From a virus: a stretch of DNA of 64,000 nt. Shown in pieces: positions 18,313-27,161 of the stretch. How positions within the stretch are numbered: the stretch's first letter is position 1; each line of letters opens with the position of its first letter. The notes under the pieces are model-generated. The model ran no database searches and was not told the DNA's origin. It saw nothing but the letters and a program-made list of their open reading frames with translations. The stretch is from IMG/VR virus record IMGVR_UViG_3300033145_003080, positions 64,001 through 128,000 of that record; one strand, 5' to 3'. Made by a program: the position numbers and the translations under genes.

Positions 18313-18537
18313 TTAACTTTCAGTGTGAGACGCTATCAGGTATGTTCCGAAAAGTGTAATTGCAAACCCAATTCCCATTATAACCCCAAGGCTTATTGCA
18401 AATTGTGTGGATACCATAAATCCTGTAGTGCTCAATGCAAACTTAACAAGAGACACTGCAATGACTAATGCTGATAACGCGAACAGCGCCAATCCTATGA
18501 AAAAAGTTAGATATTTAAGGAATAATTTTAGTGACAT
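18313..18537 (-). CDS. Small 2-TM membrane protein
   Basis: 74 aa; hydrophobic; SD AAGGAG. Confidence 0.65.
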   Translation of the reverse strand: MSLKLFLKYLTFFIGLALFALSALVIAVSLVKFALSTTGFMVSTQFAISLGVIMGIGFAITLFGTYLIASHTES

Positions 18538-18586
18538 TCAGAACTCCTTTTTTTTAAATTAAAGGAATAATTACATTATTCACATT

Positions 18587-18601
18587 ATAGTTATACCACA
18601 T
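18587..18601 (-). promoter_or_regulatory. Recurrent promoter-like motif (copy 3)
   Basis: Identical to 2098-2112. Confidence 0.7.
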
Positions 18602-18698
18602 AATTAATTATTATAACCATCTTACAATTGAAAAAAGAGTGTTTTAAAGTTATATTGTAATTATAACAGTAACCAATCTTTAAAATCGAGGACGATAC

Positions 18699-21600
18699 AT
18701 GCCTCCTCCTGAATTCGGTTACGGGCCTGTCAATTTTGCCCGCCCGGGTCATATTGACCCATTCGCCGCATTTGATAATCGTATCCGTTATAATGATATG
18801 ATTCGCCAACAGATGATTTCCCAATATCAACAGGGGGCTGTACAGCCCACCTCAATGACACTCGCTCAACAGAGACATATCGCTATGGACCCGCGTTTTC
18901 AATATGGTGTTCCTGGTGGGCAGGATCCCCGTCACTATCAGCGACAGGCTGAATTAAGGAGAATGGGAACAGGAACTGCAATTGCTAAAACAGCCATGGA
19001 TATAGGGAGCTGGGGACCGGCTGCGGCTATAGGTGGTGCCACCATTGGTGGTATCGGTGGAGCTGTTGCTTTCCCCATAGTGGCGACGGCTGCCGCTCTA
19101 TATATGCCGATGCGTGGTATAAATAATGCGATGGCGCGTCAAACTTTTATGCATGGTATGGCTGCTGATATCGAACAATATAGAGACCAGCTTGGGTTCA
19201 GAGGTGGATTGTCATATAATCAGGCAACCAATCTTGCCGGCAGCATGCAGAGAAATATGTATCAAGGCGGCTTCTTTAACCCTGGACAACAATCTCAAAT
19301 TCATAAGATAGCCCTGTCGAACAAGATGATATCTGCTCGAGGAGGAGGGGCGCCTGGATCTCTTCGTCAGTATGAACGGAACTTTGAAGAGTTGCGTGAG
19401 ACAACTGAGGAAGTTGTAAAGTTGCTTCAGACCACTATCGAAGGTGGTATGTCTGTAATCAAAGAACTTCAACAAACTGGTTTCGGTGGCATGCGCCAGG
19501 TGAAAAGTCAGATTCGCCAGGCAAAGGCATTCGGTGGGATTACCGGACTTGGTGCACAGAATATGATGCAGATAGGAGCTGCCGGAGCAAGAGCTGTTCA
19601 GGGTACACCGTGGGCAGCAAATGTCGGTGCTACTATGTATCAGTCCGGCGCAGCACAGGCAGCAACGATGGCTCGTATGGGGCCTGCCGGTGCATATGCA
19701 GTACAAAGAGCCGGTGGTGTTGCTGCAGCCGGTGGTGCACTTGCTAATGCTCAAATGAATGTTCTTTCTTCAGGCATGGGAACCAAAGCTGTTGCTTATG
19801 CGATGAATGCTAGTGGTACTGTTGACCAGGGCCGCATGGCCCGATTGATGGGTGGCAAGGTTGGTGCGTATGAAATGGTTGTTGGTGCTAGTGAGCGTGG
19901 CTATGCTATGGGGCCATCCGGAAGAGTTATGTTTGAGCTGAATAAAGAAGATGTTTTAAATCAGATGTCTGATATTGGCAGAACCCAAATGGTTAACCGT
20001 GTGTTTCAAGCATGGGGGCAAGGGCGGTATGGTACTAATCAGGCAAAGGCAGTAGCATTTGCAAAACTATATACCAACAACCAAAGGGACCAAAGATTAT
20101 TTGCTGAAAACTTATTACGACCGAAAGGTTTTGATGACCAGTACGCAGCAATACAGGCAACAAGAGCGTCGCTTAACCAAGTACAAATGAATAGACCTCT
20201 CGGGATAGTAGGAAGAGCGGCTACTGGGGCTATTAGTGCAACTGGTGGGTATTTCAATCGAATGGGTGAAGATATTGTTTATGGCTCTGGAAGAGCGATG
20301 GGTAGGATTGCCGGAATTGGTAGAGGGATTGGCACTGGGGTGTCTCAATTGTATGAAGATGTGTTGCAGGGTGTTGGTGTTTATGACAAGTATGGAGGAA
20401 TTAATAGGGCAAATCCAATTGATGCTGGAGCGGCTATAAGAAGTCAATATGGCATTGGAAGAAGAGAAAGTGATCTCGGCGCTCGAGGATTGGCAATGGC
20501 ATCGCCATCTGGTTTTTCAAAACTTGAAAATATCAAAAAATTAAATACTGGAATTGATTATGGTGCGCTAGTAAGTAAAGATCCAAAGACGGCTGCATAT
20601 TTGTATCAACAAATAGGCGGTGCTTTGCAGGTTGGGACTGCTGGCGATCTTTTTAAGAATGATATGGTACTCAGAGGGCTTAGTGCCACGCCAGGAAGCG
20701 CCATGTTCAATATGATGAAAGAGCAACCGATAGCATTTGCGAATTCATTCCTTGCTACAGCAAATCAATACCGAACAAGTGTTAATAAAAAATACGAGAA
20801 CCAGACAACTGAATATGAGCGTATAGGGACAAGGTTGCCTGGAGAATCTCAACGAATTCAGTTGCGGGATATGAAGAATCAGGCCTTATTTATAAAAGAA
20901 ATGACTGGTAGCTTTGCCCGTGAAATGACAATAGGCAAGATAAAAACCCAAGGAATACCAATGGGTGCCGCAGGTGACCTCGCCATTAAACAGGCGGATG
21001 TGGAATATAATAAAAAGAATTCTGATATGGCTGGCGCAAATTTGCATGAAAAATCTGTTGATCTTGCTAAGTACCAAAAGGCGAAAAGAGAAGCTATATA
21101 TTATGGTACTTTTGGATTTGAGATGGAAGAGCGAGCTGTATCAGCCGGTCAAATGCGTACGGGTGGCCCCAGAACTGAAATGGTTGAAACGGGGGCAACG
21201 CGTCGTAGAAAAAAGAAAATAGCAAATATTCTTGGACCAGGATTTGGGCTTGGAACCACGCGACAACAGGAAGAGGCGGCAGCAGAAATAGATCGTCTAA
21301 TTGCAACGATGGATAAGCCGAAACTTACTAAACTTGCCCCTTGGGTATCTGAGATAGAAGGCGCCAGGCCTGAATATTTCGGCTCACCATTGTGGGAAAA
21401 TAGAAAGATGAAAGAAAGGGAGGCCAGGGCAAAATACGTTGAGGCTGAGGCCCTTGATATCAGAACTGGTCAGGCTAATAAGTTTATGGACCATTTGAGG
21501 TACAATCTCTTAGCTCAACCTACTTCCAAACAACAGACGCAGATAAAAAATATTATTACCGGAAAGATTAGACCAACCGATCTTGGAGCGGGTATAGTTA

Positions 21601-21983
21601 GTCTTCTCGAAACGGGGGCTGGTGTTACAAAGGCGACTATAGAAGAGGAGATTGCGGCAGGTACTATTGGTACTTATTTAAGAAAAAGCGAACCTGTTAT
21701 GTCGAAGCAGGAGGTTAGTGAAATTGAGAAAGCAAGAGTACACTTTGTTAACGCTGAGGCTGCAAAAACCAGGGCTGACAATGTAGTAGATAGAACTATT
21801 ATTGGAAGAAAAGGTAAAGAAAAGATAGCAACAAAAAAGGGCCTTGAGTATTTAGTAGCAAAAGAAAAATATGAAGAGCTAACACAGGTGATGTCATACC
21901 CACAATCAACTCGAGACCCAGGATCATATACCAGTGTGCAACCTCCAATATTGAATTATTGGAATAATAAATGGACACTTTAA
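18699..21983 (+). CDS. Tape-measure-like tail protein
   Basis: 1094 aa; Gly/Ala/Gln/Met-rich helical composition with a hydrophobic segment; first gene of the tail/baseplate run. Confidence 0.6.
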   Translation: MPPPEFGYGPVNFARPGHIDPFAAFDNRIRYNDMIRQQMISQYQQGAVQPTSMTLAQQRHIAMDPRFQYGVPGGQDPRHYQRQAELRRMGTGTAIAKTAMDIGSWGPAAAIGGATIGGIGGAVAFPIVATAAALYMPMRGINNAMARQTFMHGMAADIEQYRDQLGFRGGLSYNQATNLAGSMQRNMYQGGFFNPGQQSQIHKIALSNKMISARGGGAPGSLRQYERNFEELRETTEEVVKLLQTTIEGGMSVIKELQQTGFGGMRQVKSQIRQAKAFGGITGLGAQNMMQIGAAGARAVQGTPWAANVGATMYQSGAAQAATMARMGPAGAYAVQRAGGVAAAGGALANAQMNVLSSGMGTKAVAYAMNASGTVDQGRMARLMGGKVGAYEMVVGASERGYAMGPSGRVMFELNKEDVLNQMSDIGRTQMVNRVFQAWGQGRYGTNQAKAVAFAKLYTNNQRDQRLFAENLLRPKGFDDQYAAIQATRASLNQVQMNRPLGIVGRAATGAISATGGYFNRMGEDIVYGSGRAMGRIAGIGRGIGTGVSQLYEDVLQGVGVYDKYGGINRANPIDAGAAIRSQYGIGRRESDLGARGLAMASPSGFSKLENIKKLNTGIDYGALVSKDPKTAAYLYQQIGGALQVGTAGDLFKNDMVLRGLSATPGSAMFNMMKEQPIAFANSFLATANQYRTSVNKKYENQTTEYERIGTRLPGESQRIQLRDMKNQALFIKEMTGSFAREMTIGKIKTQGIPMGAAGDLAIKQADVEYNKKNSDMAGANLHEKSVDLAKYQKAKREAIYYGTFGFEMEERAVSAGQMRTGGPRTEMVETGATRRRKKKIANILGPGFGLGTTRQQEEAAAEIDRLIATMDKPKLTKLAPWVSEIEGARPEYFGSPLWENRKMKEREARAKYVEAEALDIRTGQANKFMDHLRYNLLAQPTSKQQTQIKNIITGKIRPTDLGAGIVSLLETGAGVTKATIEEEIAAGTIGTYLRKSEPVMSKQEVSEIEKARVHFVNAEAAKTRADNVVDRTIIGRKGKEKIATKKGLEYLVAKEKYEELTQVMSYPQSTRDPGSYTSVQPPILNYWNNKWTL

Positions 21984-21995
21984 CAAGGTTGTTCT

Positions 21996-22868
21996 ATGCC
22001 ATTTCGTTTGCCAAATGAATTTTTAAGCTCACCGGATGATAATAAAATACGCCCATACACTGTTGGTACAACAGAGCATGCAGGAACCGTTGCAACAATA
22101 GTCCTTTATACAACAGCGCAGGGTTTTTTGTCGGATGATGCTCTCAAGACGAATGACTATCTTACTGATTTATCAATGAGCATTTCCGAATTAGAAGCTG
22201 GTTCAATTAGTGGAGACGAGCAGGCTCCTCCTTCAATACCAGGCGGCAAGATTGCTTTAATTTCTCTTGATGGCAAGCAGCCGAATAATTATTATGGTGT
22301 ATTTAATAATTTTTCATTGATAAATGTTCAAGAAGCTCATGGTGAAATAGTCAAGTTGCATCAAAATTTCTCAAATGGGTGGAATGCATTTTTCTTTGGA
22401 GAAAAGCCTGCGATATACAACTTTTCTGGAATGTTCCTTGATACTCGAGAATATCCATATTACCAGGAATTCATGGTTGCGTATAATAAATATCTTCGTG
22501 GCAGAAGATGTATTGAAAACAATATGCAATTAAAAATAATGTATGACGGCAAACTCGTAGATGGCTACATGCTCAATATCAGCACCAGTACAACTGGAGA
22601 TTTGGAACAGAGCAAATCATTCACATTTTCAGTTCTTGTAAGAGCATCGCGATGGATCAGGATGAATCTTATTCCAGTTTATTCTTCTCATGACAACAGA
22701 TACATAAGTGTTGATGAATTTAATAGTATGAGAAATGCTGGCAGGTTGGCTGGCGATTTCTTAAGTGGATATATCGAACATATACAAGTTGACAAGAACG
22801 ATCCAAGTGGAACTGTAACACCAACGGATATTGTTTCAGCACCATCGACTAATCTGAAAGATACTTAA
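21996..22868 (+). CDS. Putative tail tube initiator / baseplate protein
   Basis: Position after the TMP-like gene; beta-rich FFFGEKP.IYNFSG...FTFSVLV. Confidence 0.4.
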   Translation: MPFRLPNEFLSSPDDNKIRPYTVGTTEHAGTVATIVLYTTAQGFLSDDALKTNDYLTDLSMSISELEAGSISGDEQAPPSIPGGKIALISLDGKQPNNYYGVFNNFSLINVQEAHGEIVKLHQNFSNGWNAFFFGEKPAIYNFSGMFLDTREYPYYQEFMVAYNKYLRGRRCIENNMQLKIMYDGKLVDGYMLNISTSTTGDLEQSKSFTFSVLVRASRWIRMNLIPVYSSHDNRYISVDEFNSMRNAGRLAGDFLSGYIEHIQVDKNDPSGTVTPTDIVSAPSTNLKDT

Positions 22869-25822
22869 TGGCTGAAAAGAAAGGTTTTAGTTATTCATTT
22901 AAGATGTATATGGAGGGAATTGCCGTTCCTTTCAAGGGTGCTACTATTGTCTGTACTCCTAATGGTCAGGAGGCGAATATAAATGTATATTCTAATAAGC
23001 AACTTCTTGACATTAAGCCAAAAACCGCCGTACAAATATTCTATCGTGAATGGTCTACTCGAGAGAAAAGGCCTGCATGGAGATTGGCGTTTGATGGATT
23101 CTTTTCGTGCTTCTATAAAGTAGATCAAGCAACTGAAGGGCGTGGATTGGGAATGGTATGTCGTGACTTTCGAATGGATATTCGAAGGGCGCCCGCTGCA
23201 ATAGCCTGGGAAGCGGCTGATGCTTTAACCACTCGCAATTTTTATAATTCGATGGGGATATTTCAGACATTTGTCATAAAAGGAAAAACGCAAAAACAAG
23301 GTACTGATATCAGGGTATTTGACAATACAGGACTAGCACCTTTGTCCTATACTCTTGGCCTTATTGCCGGCAGCGCAGGATACAGCCGCACATCAAACAA
23401 GATGAAAGGGACGAAGAAGAGTACGAACACTATTGCTGATGAGGGGAGCTTCGATCAACAGATTGGTAAAATACAAAAAGATGAGAAAGCAAATAAGACA
23501 CAGCAGGATGGTGAAGATGCTTATTCTGCTGAGTTTGCCAGTGCAACACCATCAGATAATGGGGTGGCAAATTGCGGATTCTATCTGGATGCATTAATTA
23601 GGGGTATGTGGCTAGAAGCTGTCGGTGGTACGGCAGTAGGAACATTCCTTAATAAGCGTATACGGCTTGATAAACGTTTTCTTGTACCGGTAAATAAAGC
23701 GGGATATAACTTTTGGAGCAAACAGAGTGGAAGTGTGCATATTGGTTCTCACCTGATGGGCAATTCACGTTTCTCGAGTCTCGAGGCGGCCATAATGAGA
23801 TTGGCCGGCGCATTTTCTACTCGAGTGTATTCATGCAGCACGCCATCATTAATACCAATAGGCAACAAGGCTGATGGAAAACCGTATGATGCAGTTGAGT
23901 ATGTTATGGATTCAAAGGTAAGGAAGTTTCTCGTAGACAGGGCATCTGCCGAATTCGGTGGTAAATATATATTAAATGAATCAATGCTTTTGCCTCCACT
24001 CGAGTTTACAGCCCCACCGAATTGTAATCTTCTTTTTCCACCAATGTATGACAGGGTTGAATGGCAATATGATATTGATGCCGATGTTACTCGAGGGTAT
24101 TTTGATCAAGTCCACATGCTTTCGTCGCCAGGTGGAAACGCCCTTGCATCACCCAGCGTACAGGTTCCGAACGCTTTGTTTAATTTGATGAATAGTGATG
24201 GTGATCGGGCAAAAGATATGACAAAATCGAAAGGTACCGTTGACGGTACTGATCCGTCTAACAAGAAAGTTGCCAATGCTACAAAAGCTAATGTGACAGA
24301 GAATAAAAAGAAAAAACAAAATGCAGCCAGTAAATCAGTTAAGACAAAAGGGACAGATAGATATGGAAGAATAAAACCGCCACTTACACTTGAGGAAAGG
24401 TATAAAGGAATTAATGTCATATTTGGTAGCGTGTCTCATGAACTGGCAATGAATGATGCAATCAATGTTGTTAAGGATAGGCAGGCGAATAAGAAGGCCA
24501 GGGACAAACTTGATAGTGAGATAGCAAAACTGGAAGATGTTAGAGATAAAGCGTTAGGAGCTCTTGAAATATCACCTGAAAACACAGGGTTTGCTGCTGA
24601 AAAAGCAGATGCTGTAAGAAATAAAATTAAAGAAAAACGTGCTGCCAGAGATAAGCTTAAAGGTCATAGGGGTATAAATAATAAAACTAAAAATGCCCTA
24701 AAACATCATGCGCTTTTAAAGTTTCTGAACAGAAAGTATGCAGGGCGAGTTGTGACGGTTGATATGGCTTTTAATCCATATATCATGTGTGGTTTCCCCG
24801 GGGTAGTAATAGCTGACGACATGGGGTATGGCGAAGAGTCGATGAAGACTATTCTTGGAATGGTGCAGCAGGTAAAACATACTTTATATATTACACCACA
24901 AAGTGCAGAGGCGAATACATCTATTGTTATGAATAATGCTCGGTTCGAAGACGAGCCAACTGATATGAACGAACATGGCTCTCCGATGTACATGAAAGCA
25001 ACTGTTCCGTCAGATGCTGAGATAGACATTGATACACTCGAGTACAAAAACAACTACTTTATCCCTGAGCCGAAAGCTCCGGTCAAACGTATTCTTAATT
25101 CGGATTATTATGATTTGAATGATGAGAGCCAGCTACATAGTGAATATGTATACGCAAAAGATTTACTTAGCTTAACAGCACAGGATATTGCTAATGGAGA
25201 ACGTAATCAAATTTATATTGACGAAGGGTATGAGCCAACACGAATAGCAAAGTTCTATCGTGATGTGTTTGGCCATAAAAAGCAGCATTTTATGATAGGA
25301 AGCGCTGTTGACCCGAATAATGAAACAGAACGAATAAATTTTATGCATGACACGGTCCATGAAGCCTTACAGTATTTACGTGATTCAAAACCTGAGTTGC
25401 TTCAGAATTATGAGGATTGTCTTGATTTTATAAAAAGAAATGTTTGTTCTGCCGATGCTTTCTATCAGGGAATATTAGGTTTATCTATTAGTGATAAGGT
25501 TGCTGATGATGAGGGCAATCAAATATATGAGTATGTGAACTATCCGGCTTTGGGAGATGAGCTTGGAACTGAGATTCTTTTTAATGACCACATAATTCAC
25601 AATCGGTATTATGGTGTAACGACCACTGATTGGGATAGTGGAAATTTGGATGGTTTGAAGCAGAAAAATGGTGGTACGATGTATGAACCAGGTCAATTCA
25701 GCAGCATCCGTGAGCACATGCCGGTTACTGCCTTTATTCAAGAGCGCAGAGACGCTGTTGAGATATATGTGTCTAAAGTTCTGCAGCGGGTAAGTGGAAC
25801 ACAGTATGCACCGGTTTATTAG
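22868..25822 (+). CDS. Putative baseplate hub protein
   Basis: 984 aa; FNPYIMCGFPGVVI...GMVQQVKHTL hub-like end motif; synteny. Confidence 0.5.
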   Translation: MAEKKGFSYSFKMYMEGIAVPFKGATIVCTPNGQEANINVYSNKQLLDIKPKTAVQIFYREWSTREKRPAWRLAFDGFFSCFYKVDQATEGRGLGMVCRDFRMDIRRAPAAIAWEAADALTTRNFYNSMGIFQTFVIKGKTQKQGTDIRVFDNTGLAPLSYTLGLIAGSAGYSRTSNKMKGTKKSTNTIADEGSFDQQIGKIQKDEKANKTQQDGEDAYSAEFASATPSDNGVANCGFYLDALIRGMWLEAVGGTAVGTFLNKRIRLDKRFLVPVNKAGYNFWSKQSGSVHIGSHLMGNSRFSSLEAAIMRLAGAFSTRVYSCSTPSLIPIGNKADGKPYDAVEYVMDSKVRKFLVDRASAEFGGKYILNESMLLPPLEFTAPPNCNLLFPPMYDRVEWQYDIDADVTRGYFDQVHMLSSPGGNALASPSVQVPNALFNLMNSDGDRAKDMTKSKGTVDGTDPSNKKVANATKANVTENKKKKQNAASKSVKTKGTDRYGRIKPPLTLEERYKGINVIFGSVSHELAMNDAINVVKDRQANKKARDKLDSEIAKLEDVRDKALGALEISPENTGFAAEKADAVRNKIKEKRAARDKLKGHRGINNKTKNALKHHALLKFLNRKYAGRVVTVDMAFNPYIMCGFPGVVIADDMGYGEESMKTILGMVQQVKHTLYITPQSAEANTSIVMNNARFEDEPTDMNEHGSPMYMKATVPSDAEIDIDTLEYKNNYFIPEPKAPVKRILNSDYYDLNDESQLHSEYVYAKDLLSLTAQDIANGERNQIYIDEGYEPTRIAKFYRDVFGHKKQHFMIGSAVDPNNETERINFMHDTVHEALQYLRDSKPELLQNYEDCLDFIKRNVCSADAFYQGILGLSISDKVADDEGNQIYEYVNYPALGDELGTEILFNDHIIHNRYYGVTTTDWDSGNLDGLKQKNGGTMYEPGQFSSIREHMPVTAFIQERRDAVEIYVSKVLQRVSGTQYAPVY

Positions 25823-25830
25823 GAAATAAC

Positions 25831-26523
25831 ATGCCAACCGACCAAGAGAACATACTGCAATGGCAGAGGACGAAAGATCCGCGGTTGTTTGCTGATCTTA
25901 TTATTCGTTATCAGCCTGTGGTTAATAAGGTTGTTGGGCAATACCGCACTGTCGGCGTTTCCCCTGCCACGTTGCGTGCAGAGGCGACTACCCAACTCAT
26001 TAAATCCTTCAAGTCTTATGATCCGAAGCATGGTACCCAGCCGACTACGCACGTATGGAATAATTTGAAAAAGGTACAGCGTGTAGCATCTGAATCTCTT
26101 ATGTCAGGCCATATCCCTGAGAATAGAGCATTAAAGCGATCTACTTTTACCATTGTCAAAGATAATCTCGAGGATCGCCTCGGTCGGGAGCCGAGTACTT
26201 CTGAAATTGCTGATGAGATAGGATGGAATAAAAAAGAAGTTGCTCGTATGGAGCATGAACTTGGAGGGGAAGCAACTGCATCGAAAGCTTCTTTTGATTT
26301 TTATGGCAATGCGATAACTAAAGAACATCCTGATAAAGCGCTTGCTGATTATATGTATTATGAATTGGCTGGTCCGGACAAAGTTATTTTTGAACACACT
26401 TTTGGCTATGGTGGAAAGCGGATATTGAATAACAAAGAAATTGCGGGAAAGCTTCATAAAAATGAAATGTGGGTACATCGAGCGAAGAAGCGATTGTCGC
26501 AGAAAATTCAATCATATAGATAA
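25831..26523 (+). CDS. Phage-encoded sigma-70 family factor (FliA/WhiG-like architecture)
   Basis: Region 2 (LIIRYQPVV...SYDPKHGTQPTTH), region 3 (LGREPSTSEIADEIG), region 4 HTH (NKEIAGKL). Confidence 0.85.
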   Translation: MPTDQENILQWQRTKDPRLFADLIIRYQPVVNKVVGQYRTVGVSPATLRAEATTQLIKSFKSYDPKHGTQPTTHVWNNLKKVQRVASESLMSGHIPENRALKRSTFTIVKDNLEDRLGREPSTSEIADEIGWNKKEVARMEHELGGEATASKASFDFYGNAITKEHPDKALADYMYYELAGPDKVIFEHTFGYGGKRILNNKEIAGKLHKNEMWVHRAKKRLSQKIQSYR

Positions 26524-26532
26524 GGAGAAAAT

Positions 26533-27075
26533 ATGTTAGCGCCTGAAGTTTTAAAATCATTCAGTAACCATGTAGACATGGATAAGGTTGCGTACGGTGT
26601 GCAGAGTTATTATGCACATAAGGGTGGTGAGGTTGGGTCTTATGCGTCTCAAACCTATCCAGGGAAAGGGTTTAAGAAGAATGTTGAGATGGGAGTTGAC
26701 AGGTATGGTAGGAGTGTTTATGACAGGTGGTCACCATACAGCAAAGGGTCTTCTGATTATAATACTGCTGTAGAAAATTTAAAAGGGTCAAAGTATGGCA
26801 GGCGCTCTTTGCGGCGTGCTGGGGTTATTAAAAGAGAACCACTTTCAGGCGGATATGCAAAACCTGCCATTGCTGGTGCGGCTGTTGGTGGCACGGTTGG
26901 AGCGGTCGCTGGAGCCCACGGTGCTCTCCGTGCTGCACATCGTATATATAGAAAAACAGGCGTTCTTCCGATGCGAGCCGCAGGAAGAGTCGCTAGAAGG
27001 GTTGGTGTTGGCGGTGCCGTGCTTGGTGCTGGCATTGGACTGGCATCGAGATTTATAAGTAACAGAACTGCATAA
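26533..27075 (+). CDS. Basic protein with glycine-zipper C-terminus (cargo 1)
   Basis: N-terminal SF....DMDKVA motif; GAAVGGTVGAVAG and GGAVLGAGIG zippers. Confidence 0.7.
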   Translation: MLAPEVLKSFSNHVDMDKVAYGVQSYYAHKGGEVGSYASQTYPGKGFKKNVEMGVDRYGRSVYDRWSPYSKGSSDYNTAVENLKGSKYGRRSLRRAGVIKREPLSGGYAKPAIAGAAVGGTVGAVAGAHGALRAAHRIYRKTGVLPMRAAGRVARRVGVGGAVLGAGIGLASRFISNRTA

Positions 27076-27085
27076 AGGATATTAA

Positions 27086-27154
27086 ATGCCTCCTCCAAAA
27101 CAGGTACATCGGGCAAAGAAACGGTTGTCATAGAAGATTCAAACTTATCGATAG
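27086..27154 (+). pseudogene. Chimeric remnant: first 6 codons of the 29271 gene plus last 17 codons of the sigma gene
   Basis: Reads MPPPKQ|VHRAKKRLS*KIQTYR*; 16/18 nt match to 29271-29288 and 40/51 nt match to 26473-26523. Confidence 0.9.
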
Positions 27155-27161
27155 GGTTGAT

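Larger units (their letters stand above)
17629..18610 (-). repeat. Duplicated regulatory scaffold (promoter-SD ... hairpin-SD), two copies
   Basis: 17629-17691 resembles 18254-18315, and 17827-17896 resembles 18538-18606; the ORFs between are dissimilar. Confidence 0.8.
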
